Below are positions 8,969-20,400 of a stretch of DNA of 64,000 nt, in pieces. The position numbers were made by a program, and so were the translations under genes. The notes under the pieces were generated by a model. That model was not told the DNA's origin. It saw only the letters and a program-made list of their open reading frames with translations, and searched no databases. Origin of the DNA: an uncultured Actinomycetota bacterium (GTDB lineage Bacteria > Actinomycetota > Actinomycetes > JADGOV01); NCBI GenBank assembly GCA_963814355.1, contig CAWFCZ010000018.1, positions 854,590 through 918,589 on the forward strand. The letters are read 5' to 3'. The stretch's first letter is position 1; each line of letters starts with the position of its first letter.

Positions 8969-9466
8969 ATGACGTCCGCCGATGTGGCCAATATCACGTG
9001 GCTCACCCAGGAGGCTTTCGACCGCCTCACGCGCGAGCACGACGCCCTTGTCGAGGGACGGAAGGACATCTCGGCCAAGATCGAGGCAGCGCGCGAGGAG
9101 GGTGACCTCAAAGAGAACGGCGGCTACCACGCCGCGAAGGAGGAGCAGGGCAAGCAGGAGGCCCGGATCCGGCAGCTCGAGCAACTGCTCCGCACCGCGA
9201 AGGTGGGTGAGACACCGACCGAGAAGGGGGTCGCCGGACCCGGCACGGTCGTGACCGTGGCCTTCGGCGACGGTGACCAGGAGACCTTCCTCATTGGCTC
9301 CCGGGAGGACAGCGCCGCCCGAGACGACATCGAGGTCTACTCCGCACAGTCCCCGCTGGGCCGGGCGCTGACCGGGCTGCGGGCCGGTCAGCGCGCGTCG
9401 TACGCACTGCCTAGCGGCAAGCAGATGTCCGTCCAACTACTCGACGTCAAGTCCTACTCCGGCTAG
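8969..9466 (+). CDS. greA: Transcription elongation factor GreA
   Basis: 165 aa. The N-terminal coiled-coil carries acidic tip residues (DLKENGGYHAAKEEQ) and there is a C-terminal FKBP-like domain (GDGDQETFLIGS...). Full-length GreA family match. Confidence 0.85.
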   Translation: MTSADVANITWLTQEAFDRLTREHDALVEGRKDISAKIEAAREEGDLKENGGYHAAKEEQGKQEARIRQLEQLLRTAKVGETPTEKGVAGPGTVVTVAFGDGDQETFLIGSREDSAARDDIEVYSAQSPLGRALTGLRAGQRASYALPSGKQMSVQLLDVKSYSG

Positions 9467-10654
<1,188 letters not shown>

Positions 10655-10693
10655 GCGCGGGCGGCCGGCCGCCGGACGGGATACGGTTTCGCC

Positions 10694-12067
10694 GTGCCGC
10701 AACGACGCCCGGTGACGCGGCGGTCGCGGCTGAGCCATGCACTGCGGCTGCACCACCCGGCGCAGGCCGTCATCTACGCCTTCGCGATCGCGGTGGCGGT
10801 GGGCACGGTGCTGCTCATGCTGCCCGCGTCCTCGGCCGACGGCGGCGCCAGCACCTTCCGGGTGGCGCTGTTCACCTCCACCTCCGCGCTGTGCGTCACC
10901 GGGCTCACGGTGGTCGACACCGCCACGCACTGGTCGGCCTTCGGGCAGGTGGTGATCCTGGCCGGCATCCAGACCGGCGGCTTCGGCATCATGACCTCCG
11001 CGTCCTTGCTCGGCCTGCTCGTCTCCCGGCGGCTCGGGCTGCGTACCCGGCTGGTGGCCCAGACCGAGACCAACTCGCTGGCCCTCGGTGACGTCAGCCG
11101 GGTGCTGCGGGGAGTGGCGCTGACCAGCCTGTCCATCGAGGCGCTGGTGGCCATGCTGCTGACGGTTCGGCTGGTGGCCGGCGGCGGCGTCGGCCTGGGC
11201 CGGGCGATCTACCTCGGGGTCTTCCATTCGGTGTCGGCGTTCAACAACGCGGGCTTCGCGCTGTGGAGCGACAGCCTGGTGCGTTACGTCAGCGACCCCT
11301 GGTTCTGCCTGCCGATCGCGGCCGCCACGATCGTCGGTGGTCTCGGCTTCCCGGTGCTGTTCGAGCTCCGCCGCGAGCTTCGCTCGCCCCGACGATGGTC
11401 CGTACACACCAAGATCACTTTGCTAGCGACGATCGTGCTGCTCGCCAGCGGCATGGTCGTCCTGCTGGCCCTGGAATGGACCAACCCGGCGACGCTGGGG
11501 CCGCTGCACGCGCCCGGCAAAGTGCTGGCCGGCTTCTTTCAGAGCGTGATGCCGAGGACCGCGGGCTTTAACAGCCTGGACTACGGCCAAATGGGCAAGG
11601 AGTCCTTGCTGGTGACCGACGTCCTGATGTTCATCGGCGGCGGGAGCGCCAGCACCGCCGGTGGTATCAAGGTGACCACGTTCACCGTTTTGCTGTTCGC
11701 GATCCTGGCTGAGGCCCGCGGCGACGAGGCCGTCGAGTCCTTCGGACGCCGGGTGCCGCCCGCGGCCTTGCGCCAGGCCCTGTCGGTGGCCCTGCTCGGC
11801 GTCGCGATGGTGGTCGCCGGGACGCTCGCCATGCTGGAGATCACCGGGCTCGGGCTTGACCAGGTCCTGTTCGAAGTGGTGTCGGCCTTCGCCACGGTCG
11901 GCCTGTCCACCGGCATCACCCCCACCTTGCCGGCGGCCGCTCAGTACCTGCTGGTGGGGTTGATGTTCAGCGGCCGGGTGGGGACAGTCACCCTAGCCTC
12001 CGCGCTGGCCCTGCGGCAACGGCGGCGGCTGTACCAACTACCGGAGGAGCGACCCATCATTGGCTAG
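10694..12067 (+). CDS. trkH: TrkH/KtrB family potassium uptake membrane protein
   Basis: 457 aa polytopic membrane protein with the repeated selectivity-filter-like motifs of the Trk/Ktr family (GFNNAG, TAGFNSLD, GGGSASTAGGIKVTTF). Confidence 0.75.
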   Translation: MPQRRPVTRRSRLSHALRLHHPAQAVIYAFAIAVAVGTVLLMLPASSADGGASTFRVALFTSTSALCVTGLTVVDTATHWSAFGQVVILAGIQTGGFGIMTSASLLGLLVSRRLGLRTRLVAQTETNSLALGDVSRVLRGVALTSLSIEALVAMLLTVRLVAGGGVGLGRAIYLGVFHSVSAFNNAGFALWSDSLVRYVSDPWFCLPIAAATIVGGLGFPVLFELRRELRSPRRWSVHTKITLLATIVLLASGMVVLLALEWTNPATLGPLHAPGKVLAGFFQSVMPRTAGFNSLDYGQMGKESLLVTDVLMFIGGGSASTAGGIKVTTFTVLLFAILAEARGDEAVESFGRRVPPAALRQALSVALLGVAMVVAGTLAMLEITGLGLDQVLFEVVSAFATVGLSTGITPTLPAAAQYLLVGLMFSGRVGTVTLASALALRQRRRLYQLPEERPIIG

Positions 12068-12725
12068 GCGACTAGGGGAAGACGCGGTCCTGGTGATCGG
12101 GCTCGGTCGATTCGGCGGCGCCCTGGCCCTGATGCTGGAACGGCTGGGCCACGAAGTGCTGGCCGTCGACGCCAGTCACGCCCTCGTCCAGGAGTACTCC
12201 GGGGAAATCACGCACGCGGTGGAAGCCGACGCGACCAGCGCGGCGGCCCTGCGCCAGATTGGCGCCCGGGATTTCAAGACGGCCATCGTGGCCATCGGCA
12301 CCGGCATCGAGGCCAGCCTGCTCAGCGCCGGCGCGCTGGTGGACCTCGGAGTGCCGCAGATCTGGGCCAAGGCGATCACCACCCCCCACGGTCGCATCCT
12401 CGAGCGCATCGGCGTCCAGCACGTGGTCTATCCGGAACGCGCGATGGGCCAACGGGTCGCACACCTCATCTCCGGCCGGATCCTGGACTTCATCGAGTTC
12501 GACGACGGGTTCGCGATCGCGAAGCTCAAAGCCCCTCATCACGTAACCGGGCAGACCCTCGCCCAGTCCGGGCTGCGCACCAAGTACGGCGTCACGATCG
12601 TCGGGGTCAAGAGCCCGGGCCAGGACTTCACCCATGCCCAGCCGGAGACCTTGGTGGCCCACCGGGACCTACTGATCGTGTCCGGGCAGACCATCCTCGT
12701 GGAGGAGTTCGCCGCCACCCTCTGA
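12060..12725 (+). CDS. trkA: TrkA/KtrA potassium transporter NAD-binding regulatory subunit
   Basis: Overlaps trkH by 8 bp. It has an N-terminal Rossmann GxGxxG (VIGLGRFGGALA) and a C-terminal TrkA-C domain. Confidence 0.75.
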   Translation: MARRLGEDAVLVIGLGRFGGALALMLERLGHEVLAVDASHALVQEYSGEITHAVEADATSAAALRQIGARDFKTAIVAIGTGIEASLLSAGALVDLGVPQIWAKAITTPHGRILERIGVQHVVYPERAMGQRVAHLISGRILDFIEFDDGFAIAKLKAPHHVTGQTLAQSGLRTKYGVTIVGVKSPGQDFTHAQPETLVAHRDLLIVSGQTILVEEFAATL

Positions 12726-12801
12726 TCGTTACCGTGCGGCGCAGCGCCCGATGGAAGCAGCCTCGGCGCCCGGTCGGCTGACCGGCCGCCTCGGCGCCCG
12801 G

Positions 12802-13701
12802 TCAGCGGACCGGCTGCCAGTCCGGGTCCTGACCGGCAGCGAGGCGTCGCCAGCCGGTTCCGTCGGCCGCCGCGGTGTAGATCTGCCTGGTGTTGCCGGT
12901 GTGCTTCGTGAAGGCGACCTTGTCCCCGCTCGGGGAGTACACGCCGCCGTCGGTTGTGTAGCTCCGGGACGGTTGCAGCACGCTGACATGGAGTGGGCTG
13001 TCATCACCGGAGAAGTCACGCGCGGTCTGCACAAAGGAGAACAGGATGCCCGACCCGTCCGGGTTCCAATTCGCGTCATACATGTCGTCCGCGGAGTGCA
13101 CGCTGCCGCCGGTCCAGGTCATGACATCGACGGCGCCGGTGGCGACGTCCACCCGCGAGATGCACTTCAGCCCGTCGTCGACACAGGGATAGGTACCACC
13201 GAAGGCTCCGCCATTGAAGGCGATGCTTCGGCCGTCGGGTGACCAGGCGATCGGTCGGTTCTCCACGTACTGGTCGGTCACCGTCGCCGCGATGCCGAAC
13301 GGTTCCGTGGAGCTGATCCGCACCACGACGCTGGGGCCACCGACGGGTGTGGTGTACACGGCGGCCAGCGAGGTGCCGTCCGGTGACCAGGCAGGTGCGC
13401 CCAGGCCACCGGTTCGGGTTAGCTGCCTCTGCCGCCTGCCGTCGGCGTTCATCACCCACACGTTCCCGCCACGCAGCATGGCCAGGCGGCCGCCGTCCGG
13501 GGACCAACGCGGCTTCGTGCCCACGGTCACCCGCCGTAGGTTAGCCCCGGCCGGGGTCATGGTGTAGATCACGCCGCTGCGAACGAAGGCGATCCGCCCG
13601 TCGGCCCCCGGAAAGGCGGCGTCGGCGACTCCGGTTCCCAGCGGAGCCCAGAGCACGCACACCGTGATCGCGAGACCGACGAGTCGACGGGTTGCGTTCA
13701 T
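12802..13701 (-). CDS. Secreted TolB-like (PD40/WD40-like) beta-propeller repeat protein
   Basis: Start at ATG 13701 (MNATRRLVGLAITVCVLWAPLGTGVADA signal peptide) with an SD-like GAGGA upstream. Repeated 'SPDG..IAF / WSPDG' PD40 motifs are present. Confidence 0.6.
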   Translation of the reverse strand: MNATRRLVGLAITVCVLWAPLGTGVADAAFPGADGRIAFVRSGVIYTMTPAGANLRRVTVGTKPRWSPDGGRLAMLRGGNVWVMNADGRRQRQLTRTGGLGAPAWSPDGTSLAAVYTTPVGGPSVVVRISSTEPFGIAATVTDQYVENRPIAWSPDGRSIAFNGGAFGGTYPCVDDGLKCISRVDVATGAVDVMTWTGGSVHSADDMYDANWNPDGSGILFSFVQTARDFSGDDSPLHVSVLQPSRSYTTDGGVYSPSGDKVAFTKHTGNTRQIYTAAADGTGWRRLAAGQDPDWQPVR

Positions 13702-14433
13702 GGTGGGCGGTCCTCTGGCCGGCGGACACCGACTCGGCGGAGTCGGTTTCGCAACTGTAGGCAGCTGACGTGCCGCCGGACCGATCCAGCAGCAAGGGTT
13801 CACGCCGATGGCCCACCCACAAGCCGGACCTCCGGCAGAAGTCCGGCGCGCCCGGGAGGACTGGGTAAGAGTCAGGCGTTCCGGCCGGAACCGGGACGAC
13901 GGCTCCTCCCCTACGGCGCCGGAAAGCTTGTCGGGGTCGAGGCGTAAGAACGCCGCGTCGCTGGTCAGCCAGTCTCGGTCGCCCAGCCGCCGCCGGCCGT
14001 AGCGAGCACGTCGGCATATGCACGCCGGATCGGCCGCGATGAACCAAGTGCCGGCGACGTGATCGCTCCGCTCCGGCGACCAATGTCCACAACCGGTGCG
14101 CGGCTTGCAGCCTCCGTTGATAGTCGGGCCCGAAGTCGGCCGTCAGGCTTCGCGCATCGAATCGGCAACCTGCGATCGCGGGTCCCGGCCGAGGCGGAGA
14201 CGAGCGTGGGGACCGAGGCGGCTGGTGAGCTGGCGGACCACCTCGCGGATGTCCATCCGCGCAGGCGCGCGTGCGTCCACACCCAATCGAGGTCATACGT
14301 ATCACAACCATGTCACCTCCACCCTTGACGGCGGTCGAGGCTGCGCGATCCGCCCACGTTGACCCGTTCGATTAGGTGGGCCGCCGGGCTGGGGCCTTGG
14401 CTCCGACCGGCTCCGGGCGCGGTCAGGTGCCAC

Positions 14434-14916
14434 TCAGCCATAAGGCCCCAGGAACCGCTCGCCGTTGAAGTGGATCAGGTGCGTGGGATTGTCGGCGCAC
14501 CAGACTTCCGTTTCCCACGCGATCTGCGCCACGTATTTCCGCATGACGGCCCGGCTGGGAAAGCAGGAGACGTAGACCAGGCCTGAAGAGGATCCGCCGA
14601 AGAGTGCAGCCAACTCGCGGTGTCGCTTGGCGTCGACCGGCCCGTGCGAGGTCGCTGCCTCTAGGCATAGGAAGAAATCGTTGGCGCCGATGCTCACGGT
14701 CACCAAACGCGTGGTGGGATACGTCCGAACGAACGTCATGGGCGCCGCGGGTGCTTCTTGAACGCATCCTTGACCTTCTCGCCAGCGGCTATGAGGTCTG
14801 ATCCCGATGCCGTTTGGCCTGCCCGCTGCTGTTACCAGTGGCGCCGTGTCGGCCACTTCCTTAACCTTTCCCGTGACCCACTGGAGCTTGTTGCTCACCT
14901 TGTCCTGCAAGCTCAT
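14434..14916 (-). pseudogene. Gene debris: CsbD-like N-terminal peptide fused in-frame to a C-terminal fragment of an SGNH/GDSL-type hydrolase
   Basis: MSLQDKVSNKLQWVTGKVKEV resembles CsbD-family N-termini. From M60 (14739) the text resembles the middle/C-terminal blocks of SGNH hydrolases (VTVSIGANDF...) without the N-terminal catalytic Ser block. No intact domain is present, and the surrounding 1.5 kb lacks convincing genes. Confidence 0.2.
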
Positions 14917-15266
14917 AAGCTTCCTTCTCTGGGCCTTTCGAAGTTTGGCCGCGACACCATCGCCGCCGGGTACCCGGGCGGAAGCCGCGGGCGGTGCGGG
15001 CGGTGCTCCTCACGGTGCGGTTGGTTTGGGCTTCGGTACCGGCGTTCGTGATCCCGGTTTCGTCAACCGCATCGCTCCGGCGGCCTCGAAGACACTACGG
15101 TCTTGCACATCGACTCTGGGCTTAGGTTCCGCCGCTGCTGCTCGCACCGTTCGTGGTCCGCGAAACGGCCCGTCGTCCCGGCGAGCCGCTACGGGCACGG
15201 CACGGAGCGCCCGGCAAATACAGCGGAACCGCGCCACTGTGTGACAACTCGCGTACAGTGGGCAAT

Positions 15267-17141
15267 ATGGTGGTGGGGGATGTGCTGTCCGGGGTGTTGA
15301 GCGAGTTCGCCCGCACCCTGGTCACCGACTTCCCCATCCAGGGCATTCTGGATCATCTGGTGCAGCGCATCGTCGAGGTGCTGCCGGTGACCGGCGCCGG
15401 GGTGACCTTGATCTCCCCGGGGATGGCCCCGCAGTACGTCGCGGCCTCGGATGAGCTCGCGTTGGCGTTGGAGCGGCTGCAGACCGAGTTAGGGCAGGGA
15501 CCGTGCCTGGCCGCCTACGAGACGGGCGCGACGATTGTGGTGGCGGATCTGGCCGTCGACGTGCGCTTCCCGGCGTTCGGGCTGGCGGCGGTGGAGGCGG
15601 GGATGGCGGCGGTGTTCACCTTCCCGCTGCGCCACGGCGGCGGCTGCCTCGGAGCGTTGGGCCTCTACCGGGTGACCTCGGGCCCGCTAAGCCCGGCTGA
15701 CCTGGCCGCCGCGCAGACCCTCGCCGACGTCACCTCGGCCTACCTGCTCAACGCCCAGGCCCGGGACCAGGCGCTGGAGATCTCCGACCGGTTCCGGGAC
15801 AGCGCGCTGCACGACGCGCTGACCGGGCTGCCGAACCGGGTCCTGCTCCAACAGCGGCTGACCCACGCCGCCGAACGCTCCCAACGCTCCCACGCCACAG
15901 TGGCGGTGCTGTTCGCCGACCTCGACCGGTTCAAACACGTCAACGACAGCTACGGCCACGCCGTCGGCGATGAGCTGCTGGTCGCCGTGGCGCAGCGGCT
16001 GGCCGGGGTGCTCCGCCCCGGGGACACCCTGGCCCGGGTCTCCGGAGATGAGTTCGTCGTGCTGTGTGAGGACCTCGCCGACGCCGGCGACGCCGAACTC
16101 CTCGCCGCCCGGATCGCAGAGGCGTTCAGTACCCCGTTCGGGCTGGGCGGCCTCGAGCTGTTCGTGACCGCCAGCGTCGGCATCGCCTACGCCGGCGCCG
16201 GTGAGGCCGTCACCAACCAGCTGGTAATCGACGCGGACATCGCCATGTACCAGGCGAAACGCCGCGGCGGCGCCGCCCACCAGGTGATCGACCTGCGCGA
16301 CGCCCAGATCGGCCACGCCCGCAACCACCTCGACCAGGACCTATACGCCGCGCTGACCCGGGCCCAGCTCGACCTGGCCTACCAGCCGATCGTCCGCACC
16401 GCCGACCGTTGCGTCAGCAGCGTGGAAGCGCTGCTGCGCTGGGCGCACCCCGACCACGGCCCGATACCCGCGCTGGCCGCCGTCAGCGTCGCCGAGCAGA
16501 ACGGGCTGATCACCCAGATCGGCGCCTGGGTACTGGAACGCAGCTGCCGGGACCGGATGTCCTGGCTCGCGGCGCACCCCACCCGGGCACTCGGCCTCTC
16601 GGTGAACGTCTCCGCCCGCCAACTGCTCGGCGCCGGCTACGCCGCCGCCGTCGCCGCCGCGTTGGACACCACCGGGATGGACCCCGCCGCCCTCACCCTG
16701 GAACTCACCGAAGGCATCTTCATCGACAACGCTGACCGCGGGCTGAACGTACTCACCGACCTGAAAACCCTCGGCGTGGCACTCGCGCTCGACGACTTCG
16801 GCACCGGCTACAGCTCCCTCGGCTACCTACGGCAGTTCCCCGTCGACATAGTCAAAATCGACCGAGGCTTCATCGCCGACATCGGCCGCAACCCCGCCGG
16901 CGTCGCGATCATCACCGCCGTCACCACCCTCGCCCACACCCTCGGGCTCACCGTCACCGCCGAAGGCGTCGAAACCCAACGACAACACGACACGGTCACC
17001 AGGATCGGCTGCGACCACGCCCAAGGCTTCCTCTACGCCCAACCCATGCCCCGGGACGACATCACCCGCCTGCTCACCAGCCCAGCCCGACCCCTCCGCC
17101 GCCACGCAGCACCCAACCTCACGCTGCTCCTCGACCGGTAG
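15267..17141 (+). CDS. GAF-GGDEF-EAL c-di-GMP signalling protein
   Basis: ATG at 15267 (MVVGDVLSGV). N-terminal GAF domain. GGDEF domain with a GDEF active-site variant (RVSGDEFVV). EAL domain with ELTE, DDFGTGYSSL and KIDRGFI motifs. Confidence 0.75.
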   Translation: MVVGDVLSGVLSEFARTLVTDFPIQGILDHLVQRIVEVLPVTGAGVTLISPGMAPQYVAASDELALALERLQTELGQGPCLAAYETGATIVVADLAVDVRFPAFGLAAVEAGMAAVFTFPLRHGGGCLGALGLYRVTSGPLSPADLAAAQTLADVTSAYLLNAQARDQALEISDRFRDSALHDALTGLPNRVLLQQRLTHAAERSQRSHATVAVLFADLDRFKHVNDSYGHAVGDELLVAVAQRLAGVLRPGDTLARVSGDEFVVLCEDLADAGDAELLAARIAEAFSTPFGLGGLELFVTASVGIAYAGAGEAVTNQLVIDADIAMYQAKRRGGAAHQVIDLRDAQIGHARNHLDQDLYAALTRAQLDLAYQPIVRTADRCVSSVEALLRWAHPDHGPIPALAAVSVAEQNGLITQIGAWVLERSCRDRMSWLAAHPTRALGLSVNVSARQLLGAGYAAAVAAALDTTGMDPAALTLELTEGIFIDNADRGLNVLTDLKTLGVALALDDFGTGYSSLGYLRQFPVDIVKIDRGFIADIGRNPAGVAIITAVTTLAHTLGLTVTAEGVETQRQHDTVTRIGCDHAQGFLYAQPMPRDDITRLLTSPARPLRRHAAPNLTLLLDR

Positions 17142-17176
17142 ACCACCCCACCAGGCCCAACCAGGGGCGAACCGCC

Positions 17177-17430
17177 ATGCTGCCCCGGGTGCCGTTCGCG
17201 TGCGCGCTGGTGGAGGTCGATGCCCGCACCGGATTCTGCGACCACCTGGTCCACGCCGGCGGGAAGGTCACCCGGCCGGCCGAGTTGACACGCAACCTGA
17301 TCTACGTGATCGTCGCCGGGGCCGCCAACATGGGCCTGACCGCGATGGCCGAGTCCTGCGGCGTGCCCGACGACGTGCTCGCCTGGACCGCCGAGTGGTA
17401 CTTCCGGCCGAGAGACCCGCATCCGAGCCG
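17177..17430 (+). pseudogene. Tn3-family transposase (TnpA) internal fragment, remnant
   Basis: LVEVDARTGFCDHLVHAGGKVTRPAELTRNLIYVIVAGAANMGLTAMAESCGVPDDVLAWTAEWYF matches the conserved Tn3 TnpA block (..GFT..F.H......NlGl.kMA.....y..laW...W..r.ety). Only about 85 aa are present, with no start context or remainder of the roughly 1,000-aa protein and no inverted repeats seen. Confidence 0.5.
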
Positions 17431-17453
17431 AGGAATGCGCGAGTTACCCCCCG

Positions 17454-20400
17454 ATGGGCGAGCCCATGTTGTGCCTCATCGGGCGCATCGTCGGCCGCAG
17501 CCCCGTCACTCAAGATCGGGGCCTGCGGTACCGACCAGGGAGAGGTGAACCTTCCCCGGACGCGATCACGGAGCCGGGCGGTGTTGCCGGCCATCCGGCG
17601 CCTGCCGCCCGCCGGGGGGCGGGTGGATCGGTGACGGGCTTCGCCGCGGCGGTAGTCGCGTCGACGGCTGCGGTCGGCGGCGTCGCGGTTGTCCTCAGCG
17701 CTGGTGCTGACGCGGGGTTGGCGCAGGGAGTCGGCGATGTGGCCAGCTTGCTGGCCGCCGTGGTGGCGGTGCTTGCCTGTGCGCGCGCCGCCCGCAGGTC
17801 CGGGCCGGATGCTCGGGAGTGGGCGTTGCTGGCCCTAGCGGTCGGGGTCTGGGCGGCGGGGGCTCTGACTTGGGCGGTGTACGGCTTTACCCGGCACCAT
17901 GTCCACTCCTTCCCGTCGGCCGCCGACATCGGATTTCTCGGCTATTCGGCGCCTGCCGTGGTCGCCCTGTTGGCCTTCCGGCGGCGTGCGGTCCGCGCAG
18001 TATCGCGGGTGCCGGGGGTGCTCGACGGCCTTGTCGTCGGCACCGCGATCCTCTTCACGGGATGGGCCTTCGTGCTCGGCCCGCAGTACTACTCTGCTAG
18101 CGCGGGTTGGTCGGCCCGGGCTACGGGGCTTGCCTATCCGCTTGTCGATGCGGCGATCGCCTCGCTGGTCCTCGTTCTGGCAATGCGCCAGGTCCATGGC
18201 GCGCGGCTGCCTTGGGCGCTGGTGGGCTGCGGCCTGCTGGCGCTGACGGTGACCGACAGCATCTACGTGTCGCTGACCTTGAGCGGTCGGATCGGTCTGA
18301 CCGGCACTGCGCTGAGCGCCGGCTGGGTCGCTGCCTTTCTGCTGGTCGCTGTCGCGACGGTGGCGCCCCATCGGCTGACGGCACCCGGCCGGGTGCGGCG
18401 TATCGCGGTTGGCCAGGAGTTCCTCCCCTACGTTCCGGTGGCCATCGCGCTGATCGTCGCCGCCTACGAGCGGGTCTTCAGTGACCCCGTCCTGCTCGGC
18501 GTCGGCGCACTACTCCTTGTCCTGGTCGGTATCCGTCAGTTTTTGATCACGGTGGAGAGGGTCGCCCTGACCGACGACCTCGAGCACAGGGTGGCACGAC
18601 GCACCGCCGAGTTGCTCAGTGCCCGGGAAGACCTTCAGGATGCCTTCGACAATGCACCAATCGGTATGGTATGGGCCGACCTGGCCGGGACGTTCGTGCA
18701 GGTGAACCCCGCCTTCTGCCGGATGGTGGGCCGCAGCCGAGACGAGCTGGTCGGAACCCGGATCGGGGACATCACCTTTCCAGCGGACGTGGCTGCCAGC
18801 GAACTTCGCATGTCTCGGGGTGCTTCGAGCGAATCCCGAATCCCGCAGTTCGAGAAGCGCTACCGGCACGCCGACGGCAGCGGGGTGTGGGGGGAGGTCA
18901 GCCTGTTGCTCACCCGAGACGCGGCCGGTGCCCCGAAGTTCTTCCTCGCCCAGATCCAGGACATCACCGAACGCCGGTCCTCGGCGGCGCGCACCAAGGC
19001 CAACGAGGCCGTCTTCCTCGACGCGGTCCTGGAAAACCTCGACTCCGGCGTGATCGGCTGCGACGCCGAAGGCCGCCCGACCGTGTACAACCGGGCCAGC
19101 CGCGAACAATTCGGCCCACTCGTGCCGTCGCTCAATCCAGAGTTCTGGGCCGAACATTATGGCTTCTACCGGGCCGACGGAATCACCCCGCTGCCCACGC
19201 GGGAGATCCCCCTGTTCCGGGCATTGAGCGGCGAGCTCGTCGTCGACGTCGAAATGGTCATCGCGCGAAAAGGCGGCGACCCACGGACGGTGGTCGCCAA
19301 TGGGCACGCCATCAGCGGCGGCGACGGCGCCCCGCTCGGCGCGGTCGTGGTCACGCAGGACATCACCCAGCGCCGGAAGGCGGAGGCCGCCCTGAGGCGG
19401 CAGGCGTTGCACGACCCGCTCACCGACCTGCCCAACCGGGCGCTGCTGCGCGACCGGCTCGAGCACGCGATCGCCCGCCAAGCCCGTCAGCCGCACCCCC
19501 TGGCGCTGCTGCTGCTGGACCTGGACGGCTTCAAAATCGTCAACGACAGCCTCGGCCACCAGGCCGGCGACGAGGTCCTCATCACCCTCGCCGGACGCCT
19601 ACGCGCCTCGCTGCGCCCGGACGACACCATCGCCCGGCTGGGCGGCGACGAGTTCGCCGTCGTCCTGGAGAACACTTCAGAGGCCCAGGCCACCTCCATC
19701 GCGGCCCAAATCCTGGCAGTCATACGCCATCCCATCTCCATCCAAGGTCGATCGATCACCTCAGACGCCTCGGTCGGCATCACGACCAGCATCGGAGCCG
19801 ACGACCCGGAGACGCTGCTGCGCAACGCCGACCTGGCGATGTACGCGGCGAAGGACCACGGAAAGGGCAACATCCAGGTCTTCCACGCCTCCATGCACGA
19901 GACAGTCGTGGACCGGTTGACCCTCGATGCCGAACTCCGCGAAGCCGTCGACAAACGCCAGTTCACCCTCGCCTACCAGCCGATCGTGTCGCTGATCACC
20001 GGCCACCTCCAAGGCCTCGAAGCACTACTCCGGTGGAACCACCCCGACCACGGAGTCACGTCGCCATCGGCCTTCATCCCGCGGGCGGAGGCCACCGGAC
20101 TCATCGTGCCGATCGGACGAGGGGTGCTGCGCGAGGCGTGCCGCCAAGCCCGCGCATGGCGCCAGATCCTTCCCGACGCCCAGGACCTCACCATCTCGGT
20201 GAACCTCTCCGTCCGCCAGCTGCAAGACCCGGCGATCCTCGACATCGTCGCCGCCGCGCTGAGCGACACCGGCCTGCCGGCCGGGCAGCTACAGCTGGAA
20301 ATCACTGAAAGCGTCGTCGGTCGACGCGGGGATATCGTCGCGATCCTCCACCGCCTGCACGCCACCGGTGTCCATCTCGCCATCGACGACTTCGGCACCG

